60,134 nucleotides of DNA from Bdellovibrionota bacterium (GTDB lineage: Bacteria > Bdellovibrionota_C > UBA2361 > OMII01): positions 1 to 60,134 of the forward strand of contig JBIKKR010000001.1 in NCBI GenBank assembly GCA_044360225.1, written 5' to 3'. Positions 17,058-27,144 of the stretch are shown piece after piece. Position numbers and translations under genes: made by a program. How positions within the stretch are numbered: position 1 is the stretch's first letter; the number at the start of each line of letters is the position of its first letter. The notes beneath the pieces were generated by a model. It was given only the letters and a program-made list of their open reading frames with translations. It did not search any database and had not been told where the DNA came from.

Positions 17058-17780
17058 TTGCTTAAATACGGCGAATCCTCCGTAGCTGAGATCTCAACAC
17101 GCTCTAAAATACATCGCAGGAACGTATACGACACCCTAAACCGACTTCAGGATCGGGGCCTGGTTTTTGAGATTCGGCTTAAACGTGAAGCGCGATATCA
17201 ACCGGTGGATCCTGACAGATTGCTCGGATTACTCGATGAGAAACGTGGGGCGATCTCAAAGGCCCTGCCGCAACTCAAGAAATGGTACCGCAGCGACGAG
17301 CGTGAGCAGGCGGTCTTTATCTATCGAGGAATCGAGGGCTGGAAGAATTACATGCGCGATATCCTGAGGGTCGGCAAAGATTACTACTGCATTGCTGGCA
17401 AGGGCGGCTGGATGGATCCGCGACTTGAGCAGTTCTTTCCCTGGTTTATTAAGGAGCTCGAGCGCAAACGGCTCAAATGCTACGTGTTGTTCGACCACGA
17501 GGTAAAGGCCAACAACCACCCGGTCACGAAGCATGTTGGGCCGCACTACCGGTTTTTTCCAAAGGAGTACTCAACGAACGCATCGATAGAGATTTTTGGC
17601 GATCATGTAAATCTCGTCACAAACATCCACTTTGGTGGTTTGGAGGAGGATTTCTCATTTACCGTTATCGTTAATCCTCAACTCGCCGACGCCTTCCGGA
17701 CGTGGTTTAACTTTATGTGGCTTAGTTGCAAAGCTCCGCCAGCGACACGAAATGTCTCGAAGCGCAGTGCCACGCCGTAA
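17058..17780 (+). CDS. TrmB-family HTH transcriptional regulator, N-terminus apparently truncated
   Basis: YGESSVAEISTRSKIHRRNVYDTLNRLQDRGLV matches a TrmB wHTH. Family-like sequence (SQKNEAEIYEVLLK) continues upstream of the TTG at 17058. No ATG, GTG or TTG lies between the in-frame TAG (16989) and 17058. Confidence 0.6.
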   Translation: MLKYGESSVAEISTRSKIHRRNVYDTLNRLQDRGLVFEIRLKREARYQPVDPDRLLGLLDEKRGAISKALPQLKKWYRSDEREQAVFIYRGIEGWKNYMRDILRVGKDYYCIAGKGGWMDPRLEQFFPWFIKELERKRLKCYVLFDHEVKANNHPVTKHVGPHYRFFPKEYSTNASIEIFGDHVNLVTNIHFGGLEEDFSFTVIVNPQLADAFRTWFNFMWLSCKAPPATRNVSKRSATP

Positions 17781-18187
17781 GCTTGTTCTGAGAGCAGGAT
17801 TGCGCACTGGGGGAGGGCTCTACTTCCGCACCCTGGCAACACAAACGAACAAAACCCTCCGTTGTCAGCCTGATCGCGGGCGATCAGGTCGGACTCGCCC
17901 CTCTTTTCGGCTATGTCTTTTTCGGAAGCATCATCCCACAGGTCTCAATGATTGCTGGTGCGCTTGCGTTGTGTTCTTCGCTGACCGGTGACGCGGAGGT
18001 ATATTATGCTCAAAAGCAGCAGCCTCTTAATGGCTCCACGACTTCTCGCACAAACCGCTACAAGTGATTCAAATTAGCCAGCTATGGCGCGCGGTCCTTG
18101 AGCGAGGCAGGTATGCGGGTATGGGAGGGGGTATGGCAAGATTATCACCGTTGACACACATCCGCAAATGGCGTACATTTTCGGAGC

Positions 18188-19366
18188 ATGATCCATAGAA
18201 TCCGCAACCTACCGAAATGTAATAGCTTTTTCCTATTTGGAGCTCGCGGAACGGGAAAGACCACCCTTCTGCAGGACCGCTATGATCTTCTGCCTGCACC
18301 GCCAGACGATACCCTGCTAATCGATCTCCTCGATCCAGATCAGGAGGACCTCTTCTCTAGAAATCCGAATGAACTGAGGGAGCAACTACAAGCTGCGCCG
18401 GATCGCTACCGACGAGTAATTATTGATGAGGTGCAGAAGGCCCCAAGATTACTCGATGTTGTGCACGGGTTGATTGAGAAACATCGCTCTATTCAATTTG
18501 TCTTAACGGGATCGAGCGCTAGAAAGTTGAAACATGGGGGGGCGAATCTCCTTGGGGGCAGAGCGTTTTCCCTCTCACTCTTCCCCTTCACTCACCGTGA
18601 ACTCCCGGCCTCTATCTCTCTGACAGATATCTTATCATGGGGCACTCTCCCTAAGATCTTTGATTACTCTGAGCTCGATGACAAGCGACGTTATCTACGA
18701 ACGTATTGTCAGACATATCTTAAGCAAGAGGTTCAGCTTGAGCAGCTTGTGCGCGACATCGTTTCCTTCCGGGAGTTTTTGGACTTTGCGGCGCAGGTTA
18801 ATGGCGAGATTGTGAACTACCGCAACATAGCAGAAAAGAGCGGTGTTGATGACAAAACAGTAGCCAGATATTTCGAGATACTCGTTGATACCATGATAGG
18901 TTTTTTTGTTGAGCCGTTCCATGAATCAGTCAGGGTGCGTCAATCTCAAAAGCCTAAATTTTATCTCTTTGACTGTGGAGTTCAGCGATTTCTCTCTCAC
19001 AACAGCGATGTTGTGCTCAAAGAAGGCAGTAGTGAGTTTGGTAAGCTGTTTGAACAATGGATACTATGCGAGTGCGTGAGATTAAATAGCTACTTGGAGC
19101 GTGATTTTAAGTTTTACTTTCTCAGGACAAAGGATGGCGCGGAGCTCGATCTGATCGTGGAGAAACCAGGACGAAAAAAGATCCTTATTGAAATTAAATC
19201 AACATCACGAGTTACGAGCGAACACATAAGCCATATTTCGTCCTTCCAACGAGCGATCGAGCACGAAGAGGCTTGGGTGATTTCAAATGAGCAGACCGCT
19301 CGTCGCCTGGATAATGGTGTCTACATCTTTCCATGGAAGATGGCGCTTGAGAGGTTGTTTGCCTAA
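18188..19366 (+). CDS. AAA+ ATPase with DUF4143 / PD-(D/E)xK-like domain, second copy
   Basis: 392 aa with Walker A LFGARGTGKTTLL and Walker B RVIIDEVQ. The C-terminus reads GAELDLIVE...ILIEIKSTS. It has the same architecture as 15602-16747 but is clearly divergent. Confidence 0.8.
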   Translation: MIHRIRNLPKCNSFFLFGARGTGKTTLLQDRYDLLPAPPDDTLLIDLLDPDQEDLFSRNPNELREQLQAAPDRYRRVIIDEVQKAPRLLDVVHGLIEKHRSIQFVLTGSSARKLKHGGANLLGGRAFSLSLFPFTHRELPASISLTDILSWGTLPKIFDYSELDDKRRYLRTYCQTYLKQEVQLEQLVRDIVSFREFLDFAAQVNGEIVNYRNIAEKSGVDDKTVARYFEILVDTMIGFFVEPFHESVRVRQSQKPKFYLFDCGVQRFLSHNSDVVLKEGSSEFGKLFEQWILCECVRLNSYLERDFKFYFLRTKDGAELDLIVEKPGRKKILIEIKSTSRVTSEHISHISSFQRAIEHEEAWVISNEQTARRLDNGVYIFPWKMALERLFA

Positions 19367-19437
19367 GATTCTGTTACTGCGCGAGTCTACGCTGTCTCAT
19401 CGTAGCAGCTGCAAGATGCTCAAAAAGCAGCAACCTC

Positions 19438-20490
19438 TTACTGCCCAACAGCCTCGCGCTGCTCGAAACGATCGCTATTCTCCGGCGCCACCGGACGGGC
19501 TGCTGCTCTCATTCCCCGCAATCTTCCAGAGATCGGCTTTGTCGGACTGCTGTTCAGATCAAAGGTGATCCACGATAGTAAAAGTTGCACACCTACTATC
19601 ACCTGCACCGTTGCCAAAAGCACCGTGCCAGTTGGCGCGGTGACCTGCAGCTTGCTGTAGTGCGCCCAATTCGTACCCCCAAAGATTACACCTGATACGG
19701 TAAGCGCTACACCAATGAGCAGCTCAATCGATGCTGCGTTAAAGTCACGTAAGAAATATGAGTAAAAGATACGCTTGCAAAATCGGATAGCGTGCTGCAG
19801 CGGAAACTCGAACAATACCTTGCGGATCCGCAAGCTGCTCTTTTCATCCCCGTACACTGCTTCCATCGGAATATCAACGATCGCTGCCTGAAGAGTACCG
19901 AGACGAAAGAGCATGTCACTCTCAAAAAAGTAACGCGATGCTATCTTCTCGTACGGAAGCACTGCCGCAATGCGCGCATCGATCGCTGTGTAGCCGTTAG
20001 TCGGGTCCATGACCTTCCAGTAACCACTCGACAGCTTGGTGATAAACGATAGCCCTGCATTACCGACCAGCCGCGCTAACGGCATGCTACGTAGCGATTC
20101 AAGATCAAAGAATCGATTACCCTTAGTGTAATCAGCCTCTCCCGAGAGGATTGGCGCCACAAACTGACGAATCAGTTCAGCATTCATCTGGCCATCGCCA
20201 TCAAGTTTAACGATAACCCCAGCTCCGCCAGCGATAGCTCGCCGATACCCCGCGAGGACGGCCCCACCAACTCCTAGGTTTTTCGGAAGAAACTCAACAA
20301 CAACTCGTGAATCGCGACACTCATTTGCAACGAGCTCGCCACTTTTCTCGGGACACGCATCGTCAACAACCACAATCAGCGACACCTCTGGCCCAATACT
20401 ATCGATTACGGAAAGGATGTGACGCGCTACTCGATAGCAGGGAATGACAACAGCAATCTGTGAATTCGGATGACCAGCTCCAACGGACAT
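19438..20490 (-). CDS. family 2 glycosyltransferase with C-terminal TM helices (polyprenyl-phosphate sugar transferase-like)
   Basis: VVIPCYRVARHI, VVVDDACPEKSG and KLDGDGQM (DxD) are present, followed by two C-terminal hydrophobic segments as in GtrB/DPM1-like enzymes. Confidence 0.8.
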   Translation of the reverse strand: MSVGAGHPNSQIAVVIPCYRVARHILSVIDSIGPEVSLIVVVDDACPEKSGELVANECRDSRVVVEFLPKNLGVGGAVLAGYRRAIAGGAGVIVKLDGDGQMNAELIRQFVAPILSGEADYTKGNRFFDLESLRSMPLARLVGNAGLSFITKLSSGYWKVMDPTNGYTAIDARIAAVLPYEKIASRYFFESDMLFRLGTLQAAIVDIPMEAVYGDEKSSLRIRKVLFEFPLQHAIRFCKRIFYSYFLRDFNAASIELLIGVALTVSGVIFGGTNWAHYSKLQVTAPTGTVLLATVQVIVGVQLLLSWITFDLNSSPTKPISGRLRGMRAAARPVAPENSDRFEQREAVGQ

Positions 20491-20608
20491 ACAATCTATG
20501 ATGCTATGAACGCAAAGCTATGTCACCTTCGGGCGCGGCATTACCGAGCCTATTCCTATCTATTTAGAATTACAGCACTTTATTCCACCCTCTGGCCCTC
20601 ACACCAGA

Positions 20609-20751
20609 GCATCGCAGTTCTTCCGCTAGCTACTCGAAACGGCTGGAAGTTTAATAGGGATACAAATGCGTGGCCTAGAGCTGCAAAACTCAATGAAAAC
20701 CGCTATTGGCGCGTATTGGTGGCCTTTTAGAATGGACAAGAACTGCGATGC
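20609..20751 (+). mobile_element. MITE-like foldback element, copy A
   Basis: The 14-nt terminal inverted repeats are gcatcgcagttctt (20609-20622) and aagaactgcgatgc (20738-20751). The conserved ~65-nt left arm is shared with copies B-E. Confidence 0.7.
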
Positions 20752-21165
20752 CCTACCCTCGCAACTTGAGGTGAGTCCCGCAACTCCCGAACATTCTGAA
20801 TTTCACCGCTTCTTTAAAAGTGCGCTCTGACGGCTAACACTAAGTCCATGCTTATAGAAGACTTACATCAGCAATTAGTGACTAGCAGCAATACTACGTC
20901 GAACGCCCCTACAAATCATAAAGGCGCTGGAGATTCTCGTGAAGTGAATGAAACGTTACTACGAAAAATTGGTGCCGGCCTGACTGAGATCACTAAAAGG
21001 ACTCCCTAAACTCCGGCGCCCGTAAAACTGGTGCACTCGAAATCTTAGCTCGTGTTGAATTTTTTGCTATCCCGCGTTACCTGTTCCTGGCCCTTTGTTT
21101 CTCTTAGACTAAGGCCCTCTGAACAAGTAGACTCCTGGCCTACACTACGCTAAACGGAACGGGCT

Positions 21166-22065
21166 GTGGTCGGTCGGGATACGCTATGTTATTACGAGTG
21201 GGAAGACCTCGATTACCTGCCTAGAAGAAGGGATAGTATCTTGAGTCGATCGAAGGCTGTCATCCTACTGATTACTACCGGACTCTTGTGGAGTGTTATT
21301 GGTGTTATTACGAAATCTATTTCGTGGCATCCTATATCGATTGCTGGTGGACTGTCGTTGTTTGCAGCTCTTACCCACATCCTGCTCGCACGTCGTTTTC
21401 CGAGGGTGCGGCTCGATATTCCGAACCTCGGGGCGCTCTTGTTCTGCTTGAATACCCTCCTTTTTATTGGTGCCATTCATTATAGCTCGGTGGCTAATGC
21501 AGTCGTGCTCCAGTTTACCGCTCCGGTTTACGTCGCCATTCTCGGCGGTGTGGTGCTCGGTGAACACATGACCTCCAGAGATTGGCTAGCCCTGGTCTTC
21601 ACGCTGCTCGGAACTACACTGTTTTTTCTCGATGACCTCACCCCCGTACAACTAACAGGGACACTCATGGCTGTCGCAAGTGGCCTATCGGTAGCCGGAT
21701 ATACCATCTGTCTTCGTAAACTGAAGTCCAAGGATCCGATCGATGTCGTCATTCTTGGTGAAGTACTGGTGTTTGTTATCTCTATCCCATGGCTTTTCAA
21801 TGAATCGTTTTCTTCCACGGCGTTGAGCAAAATAGTGATATTGGGCACGTTTTGTTACGGCATCTCGTTCCTAGCCTACGCGGCTGCAATACGGCACGTG
21901 CGAGCACTAGAAGCGTTGCTCATTTCAACGTCCGAAATTGTGCTCGGTCCGATCTGGGCTTTTATATTTCTTCACGAGAAGCCAAGCGGATCTGGCTTGC
22001 TCGGTGCTACGCTTATCTCGCTCATAGTGCTCATTTACGGTTGTGAATCTCGAAAGTCACTCTAG
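21166..22065 (+). CDS. EamA/DMT-family transporter
   Basis: About 10 TM segments form two EamA-like halves. The start is uncertain (GTG at 21166 or TTG at 21241). Confidence 0.7.
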   Translation: MVGRDTLCYYEWEDLDYLPRRRDSILSRSKAVILLITTGLLWSVIGVITKSISWHPISIAGGLSLFAALTHILLARRFPRVRLDIPNLGALLFCLNTLLFIGAIHYSSVANAVVLQFTAPVYVAILGGVVLGEHMTSRDWLALVFTLLGTTLFFLDDLTPVQLTGTLMAVASGLSVAGYTICLRKLKSKDPIDVVILGEVLVFVISIPWLFNESFSSTALSKIVILGTFCYGISFLAYAAAIRHVRALEALLISTSEIVLGPIWAFIFLHEKPSGSGLLGATLISLIVLIYGCESRKSL

Positions 22066-22275
22066 AAGCTGCTCGTAAATCAAGTCAATTGCGATCTGTG
22101 CGCCAGCACAGAGAAGATCCTGCGGCTCAAGATTGTCGGCAGTTAAGGAGGATGAAGATAGCGCAGGTACTCAAAAGCACAAAGTATTTGAACATGTCGG
22201 TGGCTTGACCCCTGGCACCGTCAGGGTGAGCACCGACAATTCAAAAGACGCAGTGATTTTGAGTCGATGTGCTAT

Positions 22276-22307
22276 TTTCAGACCCGCAACTGCCAAATTT
22301 AGGTTTA
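22276..22307. repeat. short conserved intergenic motif, copy 2
   Basis: tttcagacccgcaactgccaaatttaggttta. Compare 6957-6990 and 41456-41488. Confidence 0.55.
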
Positions 22308-22691
22308 AAGAGGGCAACGGCTTCAGCGCATTTCTGGCTCTTTTACGCGACAACGCCATTAACGTTGGCGACACACACGCGCAGTAGTTGGAGTCCTGAG
22401 ATTGAGGCGGAGCGGAAGCTCCGCGCTCCGCTCGTATGAAACCGAGGACATCGCCGCATTGTAGCACAACAAGAACGCATTGAGCTCCAGATCAGATACG
22501 CGGCTAAAGGTCGGTAGCTCTATCCGTAAAACGGGGAGAATTCGCGCAGGATGATTTAGGCTGATATAACGTGTGCACACCGCACCATCTCACAACACCG
22601 ATTGCGAGCTCCGCAGCGATTGAGGATACTGGTGGTCGCCGAAAATGATACTTGTTTTATCCAGATTGCAGGCAGAATTCTGCCCTTCTAT

Positions 22692-23789
22692 ATGCGCTCT
22701 ATTCATGCCACGATCCTCGCTCTCGCTCTACTAGTCCTAACCTCGACACAAACCCACATCCAAGCCGAAGAGAAGGCCCCCCTTACTGTCGGAGTTATGC
22801 TCTCGCTCTCTGGAGGACTAGAGCAATGGTGTGGATACATTCGTCAAGGTATGGAGCTAGCGATCAGCGAAGCCGATCCATCAGAGGTGCGCGCTGTGGT
22901 TGAGGATGATCACTCTGTAGATAAAAAAGCAACGATTACCGCGGCGCGAAAGCTCCTCGATATCGACCGTGTAGACGCTCTCTTCTCCTGGACCCTCTCC
23001 ACTCTACCGGTGCTTACTCCTCTGGCCACAAAAGCACGGACTCCTCTCGTCATAGGAGCGTATGACCGTAGGATTGATCAGGCCGGAGAGTTCGTCTTTG
23101 GCGGATTTGTGAATGTCGAACTTACGGCTCGCGAGATCGCCCGCTACTTTAAGAAACGAGGGGCCCGTAGGGTTGCCATCGTCCTGGCTACTGATGATTG
23201 GTCGGTCTCGTTCGATGCGCCTTTCCGCGATGAAGTAGCACGTATCGGACTTGAGTTAGTCTACACAGAATCGATTTCACCCACCGAAACCGAGACCCGG
23301 ACGATCATTTCTAACCTCAAGAAGCTCAAGGTAGACGCCGTCCTGGCGCCACTGTTCGGAAATTCTCTACTCTCGTTTATCAAGAGACACCGTGAGATGG
23401 GAGCCTCAAGCATCATCAACGTTGCTGACGGAATGTTTGAAGCAGACATTCAGACCATCGGCTCTGCAAGTGATGGAGTTACTGCGATGCAGCTGTGGGT
23501 TGATTCTGAAGAGCTCGCAGCCAAGATCCGCAAGAAGTTCAGCAATACAAGCGATCCACTACAGCTTGGACTCGTCGCCTCTGGATACGATGCCATGCGG
23601 CATATCATTCTCGCCGCACGATCGGTGCGAGCATCTGGCAAACAAGTTACCGGCGAATTACTGAAACAAGCCCTGACTACCTTCAGCAGCGCAGGATATC
23701 TCGGAACAACGATGCTTGGAGCTGCTCCCACTGTCTCCGGAGAGCGTCTGGTGGTAGTCCGCCAAGGGAAATACAAGCTGGAGGAGTGA
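22692..23789 (+). CDS. periplasmic substrate-binding protein, LivK/Peripla_BP_6-like
   Basis: The ATG at 22692 gives a signal peptide (MRSIHATILALALLVLTS). The blocks LTVGVMLSLSGGLEQWCGYIRQGMELAI and DKKATITAARKLLDIDRVDALF fit the branched-chain amino-acid binding family. Confidence 0.75.
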   Translation: MRSIHATILALALLVLTSTQTHIQAEEKAPLTVGVMLSLSGGLEQWCGYIRQGMELAISEADPSEVRAVVEDDHSVDKKATITAARKLLDIDRVDALFSWTLSTLPVLTPLATKARTPLVIGAYDRRIDQAGEFVFGGFVNVELTAREIARYFKKRGARRVAIVLATDDWSVSFDAPFRDEVARIGLELVYTESISPTETETRTIISNLKKLKVDAVLAPLFGNSLLSFIKRHREMGASSIINVADGMFEADIQTIGSASDGVTAMQLWVDSEELAAKIRKKFSNTSDPLQLGLVASGYDAMRHIILAARSVRASGKQVTGELLKQALTTFSSAGYLGTTMLGAAPTVSGERLVVVRQGKYKLEE

Positions 23790-25022
23790 CTACCCCAGCC
23801 TTGACGAAATCCCATCAGCGACCGCCGAGAGGAACTCTTCGGTGGTCACGTAATGCTCGCGCTTGGTTGCATCGCCATGGATACACATAGCCAGATCCTT
23901 GGTCATCGTGCCGCCTTCAACCACATCAACGCACACCTGCTCAAGCGTCTTAGCAAATTTCAGCAGCTCTTGATTCCCATCAAACGCACTGCGGTATGTG
24001 AGGCCAACGGTCCAGGCGAATATCGACGCAATTGGATTGGTCGATGTCTCTTTACCCTGTTGGTGCATTCTATAGTGCCGAGTAACTGTGCCGTGCGCAG
24101 CTTCTGCTTCGATCGTCTTACCGTCTTCAGTCATCAACACCGAGGTCATCAGACCAAGCGAACCAAACCCTTGGGCCACTGAGTCTGACTGCACATCGCC
24201 GTCGTAGTTCTTACACGCCCAGACAAATCCTCCACTCGATTTCATGGCATAGGCCACCATGTCATCGATCAAGCGGTGTTGATACTCAATCCCTGCAGCC
24301 TCAAAGCGCGACCTAAACTCTGAGTCGTAGACCTCTTGGAAGATATCCTTGAAGCGACCATCGTAGGCCTTGAGGATCGTATTCTTCGTTGAGAGATAGG
24401 TGGGGAGCTTCTTTACCAGGCCGTAGTTTAAGCAGCTCCGTGCAAAGCTCCGAATCGACTCATCGAGGTTGTACATCCCCATGGCAACTCCGCTACCATC
24501 AAATGAGAACACCTCGTGCTCAATCTTTGGTCCGCCATCGGCCGGGGTAAAGGTCATCGTTAGCTTGCCCTTGCCAGGAACTTTAAAGTCGGTTGCTCGA
24601 TACTGGTCTCCGAACGCGTGGCGCCCGATTACGATTGACTTATTCCATCCAGGAACGAGACGTGGAATGTTCTTGCAGATAATCGGCTCACGAAACACCG
24701 TGCCACCGATGATGTTGCGGATCGTTCCATTCGGAGACTTCCACATCTTCTTGAGGCTGAACTCTTTTACGCGAGCCTCATCTGGCGTGATGGTGGCACA
24801 CTTGACCCCGACTCCGTACTTCTTAATCGCCTCTGCAGAGTCGACCGTTACCTGGTCGTTTGTGGCATCACGATTCTCAATTGAGAGGTCGTAGTACTTC
24901 AGGTCTATGTCGAGAAAGGGCAAAATCAGCTTCTCACGAATAATGTGCCAGATGATGCGGGTCATCTCATCACCATCAAGCTCTACGACCGGATTCGCTA
25001 CTTTTATCTTTTTAACTGCCAT
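23790..25022 (-). CDS. icd: NADP-dependent isocitrate dehydrogenase (eukaryote-like subfamily II)
   Basis: 410 aa with [40 protein letters not shown] and [10 protein letters not shown] along the whole length. Confidence 0.9.
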   Translation of the reverse strand: MAVKKIKVANPVVELDGDEMTRIIWHIIREKLILPFLDIDLKYYDLSIENRDATNDQVTVDSAEAIKKYGVGVKCATITPDEARVKEFSLKKMWKSPNGTIRNIIGGTVFREPIICKNIPRLVPGWNKSIVIGRHAFGDQYRATDFKVPGKGKLTMTFTPADGGPKIEHEVFSFDGSGVAMGMYNLDESIRSFARSCLNYGLVKKLPTYLSTKNTILKAYDGRFKDIFQEVYDSEFRSRFEAAGIEYQHRLIDDMVAYAMKSSGGFVWACKNYDGDVQSDSVAQGFGSLGLMTSVLMTEDGKTIEAEAAHGTVTRHYRMHQQGKETSTNPIASIFAWTVGLTYRSAFDGNQELLKFAKTLEQVCVDVVEGGTMTKDLAMCIHGDATKREHYVTTEEFLSAVADGISSRLG

Positions 25023-25134
25023 ATACCCTTACGCCTGTGGCTTATGTACTCATTACTGTCGCGCTTTCACCTACCAGTATCCCTACTACTTTTAGGGCTC
25101 TTTTTGCTACTGAAATTGCGAACCTTTCGGACTA

Positions 25135-25677
25135 TTACTCTCCTGAGCCGCTGCCAACAAAGTGGCTCGTTTTATCGGCAAACAAGGCATTAAATGTCGT
25201 GAGACTTCCGTACGAGCGAGTAATATACCCTTGCAACTCCAATTTCTCGGCTGCATCTAGATTCGGATTATTATTAATCTTTTGTTCAAGAACCCGTAAT
25301 TTTTCACGAACTCCTATGATCTTTTTGATAAACGCCTCTATCGGGATCTCTTTGGTTTGCGTGTCATCTTTGCCCGGGATCATCTTTAGGGTTCCACCGA
25401 TCCAGCGCTTACCAACTTCAAGATTTGTGTCGGCCCATCCGTAGTCCCCCAAAACCTCACGGACAGCGAGCTTGATCTGCTGGAGCGCCGGATCCTCTGA
25501 CCCTTCAAGAGCCTTAATCTCTTGATACGAGAACGGCACATTTCGCACATCACCTTTGAAGTGAATCGTATAGAATTCTCCCTCGTAACCCACGATCCGT
25601 CCAATACCTAGGTGGGCGTGCTGAACCATAGTGCCAATTGCGAAAGAAGGTTTTAACATACTATAGGTCCTCAACAC
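25135..25677 (-). CDS. hypothetical protein
   Basis: 180-aa ORF with coding-like composition and no recognised motif. It ends with a Gly/Ser tail. Confidence 0.5.
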   Translation of the reverse strand: MLRTYSMLKPSFAIGTMVQHAHLGIGRIVGYEGEFYTIHFKGDVRNVPFSYQEIKALEGSEDPALQQIKLAVREVLGDYGWADTNLEVGKRWIGGTLKMIPGKDDTQTKEIPIEAFIKKIIGVREKLRVLEQKINNNPNLDAAEKLELQGYITRSYGSLTTFNALFADKTSHFVGSGSGE

Positions 25678-25719
25678 ATATGTGCATTACTAGAAATGAT
25701 GGGGTTTGTCGCCTCTTTC

Positions 25720-26232
25720 CTACCTGCGTATCTTAACATCATCTGACAGCTCATTGACATGTTCGGTTGATGGGAATACCCCAGTTGCGATGGCGCCGAT
25801 TCGTTCAACGGTGCGTACCACTGCTGGCACAAGCCCCTCATTCTGTATATCACCTGTCAAATGACTACACAGCTCTTCCCATGCAGCAGCTGTCACAGAT
25901 GGATTAAATCCTCGGTCAACGACTATCTCTGCATCACGCTCTGCAACGAGGATATAAAGCAATATGCCATTGTTTGCCGCAGTATCCCACACTCGCTCAA
26001 CACCGAACACCTCAAGAGCGCGCTCTCGCGCAGTCTGACCTCGGAGTAATGGGCTCAGATCAAGCGACGCTTCGATAACCACCTTAATCTGAGCTGATGT
26101 GGTTCGCTCGGCAACACGGACCGCCTCTGTGATCGTAGCGGCATCTAGAGGCGATAGAAGTCGCCGTAGGTGCCACCTGCCAGTCATTAGGTTCTTGAGC
26201 AGTCGCCCCATCACCGTCATCTCCTCTACCAC
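25720..26232 (-). CDS. TPM-domain protein (DUF477-like)
   Basis: TSAQIKVVIE...NNGILLYILVAERDAEIVVDRGF is present. It overlaps the upstream TPM gene by 7 nt and is the third gene of the lemA-TPM-TPM unit. Confidence 0.7.
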   Translation of the reverse strand: MVEEMTVMGRLLKNLMTGRWHLRRLLSPLDAATITEAVRVAERTTSAQIKVVIEASLDLSPLLRGQTARERALEVFGVERVWDTAANNGILLYILVAERDAEIVVDRGFNPSVTAAAWEELCSHLTGDIQNEGLVPAVVRTVERIGAIATGVFPSTEHVNELSDDVKIRR

Positions 26233-27116
26233 CTTCCAGAAGCGCCACCGCCACTAAAGCCGCCGCCGCCACCTCCGAAACCACCACCAAATCCACCGCT
26301 GCCGCCACCCCAGGAGCCTCCGCGGTATCTACCACGTCCGCTCCCATAGTAACCGCTGCCGCCTTGGATAAAGGAAGGATTGGCAAAGAATACAAGCGTT
26401 CCGCACAGAAGGCCAAACGGTATCGCCACCAACAGCGGCGCCATAAGCGCGGCTACACACGTTCCCGCACCAGCGCCAACGAGTGCGCCGACGATCCGCC
26501 CAAAGGACGCTCCCGAAAACGAACCGAGAAAAAAGGCCATAAAGAACGGAAATACGAGGTCATCCGCGTAGAAGCGATCCTCAACAACGGGCTCTGGCAG
26601 CTCCATTCCCTTAATACGCGTCACGATAGAGTCCGCTCCTGCGCGAATACCTCCCGGAACATCACCTAAACGAAAGCGCGGAAGTATCTGCTCCTCAATG
26701 ATACGCTTTGCAGTTGCATCAGGGATGTCGCCTTCCAATCCGCGACCAACTTCGATGCGCACAGCTCTGTCTTCGAGCGCTACAATCAGTAATGCTCCAT
26801 CATCAATCCCCTTACGTCCAAGTTTCCACTGATCAACGACCCGGATACTAAACTGATCGATCGTCTCAGGCTTGGTTGTCTTAAGGACGAGGACAGCGAC
26901 TTGGCTGCCCTTCTCAGCCTCAAGCGCCTGGAGGGCTGCTTCCAGCTCCTGTGCCGCCGGTCCAAGCACACCAGTTTGATCAACTACTCGCCCTGTAAGC
27001 TGCGGAACTTCAACAAACTGAGCCTCTGCCTGGCCTCCGAAGGAGGCCAGGGTCAAAAAGAAGATTACGATACACAGGAGGTTCCGCATCAGGGTCCGTC
27101 GCAGCATACTCGACAT
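26226..27116 (-). CDS. TPM-domain membrane protein (YgcG-like) with Gly-rich tail
   Basis: A signal peptide is followed by VDQTGVL...GSQVAVLVLKTT...DDGALLIVALEDRAVRIEVGRGLEG. TM helices and a GGSGGFGGG tail complete the protein. Confidence 0.75.
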   Translation of the reverse strand: MSSMLRRTLMRNLLCIVIFFLTLASFGGQAEAQFVEVPQLTGRVVDQTGVLGPAAQELEAALQALEAEKGSQVAVLVLKTTKPETIDQFSIRVVDQWKLGRKGIDDGALLIVALEDRAVRIEVGRGLEGDIPDATAKRIIEEQILPRFRLGDVPGGIRAGADSIVTRIKGMELPEPVVEDRFYADDLVFPFFMAFFLGSFSGASFGRIVGALVGAGAGTCVAALMAPLLVAIPFGLLCGTLVFFANPSFIQGGSGYYGSGRGRYRGGSWGGGSGGFGGGFGGGGGGFSGGGASGRW

Positions 27117-27144
27117 TCCTTACAGCTATCGTCTCGGAATGAAG

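Noticed and set aside
17792-18067. Open frame ending ...LIAGDQVGLAPLFGYVFFGSIIPQVSMIAGALALCSSLTG..., considered as a remnant of a DMT-type membrane protein C-terminus.
   Set aside because: It has no start codon. Only ~35 hydrophobic residues are present and no diagnostic motif. It cannot be distinguished from chance, and the listed 119-aa ORF (17632-17991) in another frame looks equally non-coding.
22066-22691. 626-bp gap with overlapping short ORFs on both strands (84, 98 and 73 aa), considered as a decayed gene.
   Set aside because: No family motif is recognisable in any frame. The only defined element is copy 2 of the 33-nt motif.
23787-23792. Stop codons of the convergent binding-protein gene and icd abut with zero spacing.
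   Set aside because: It is a real observation, but a common arrangement in compact genomes. No structure or repeat is associated with it.
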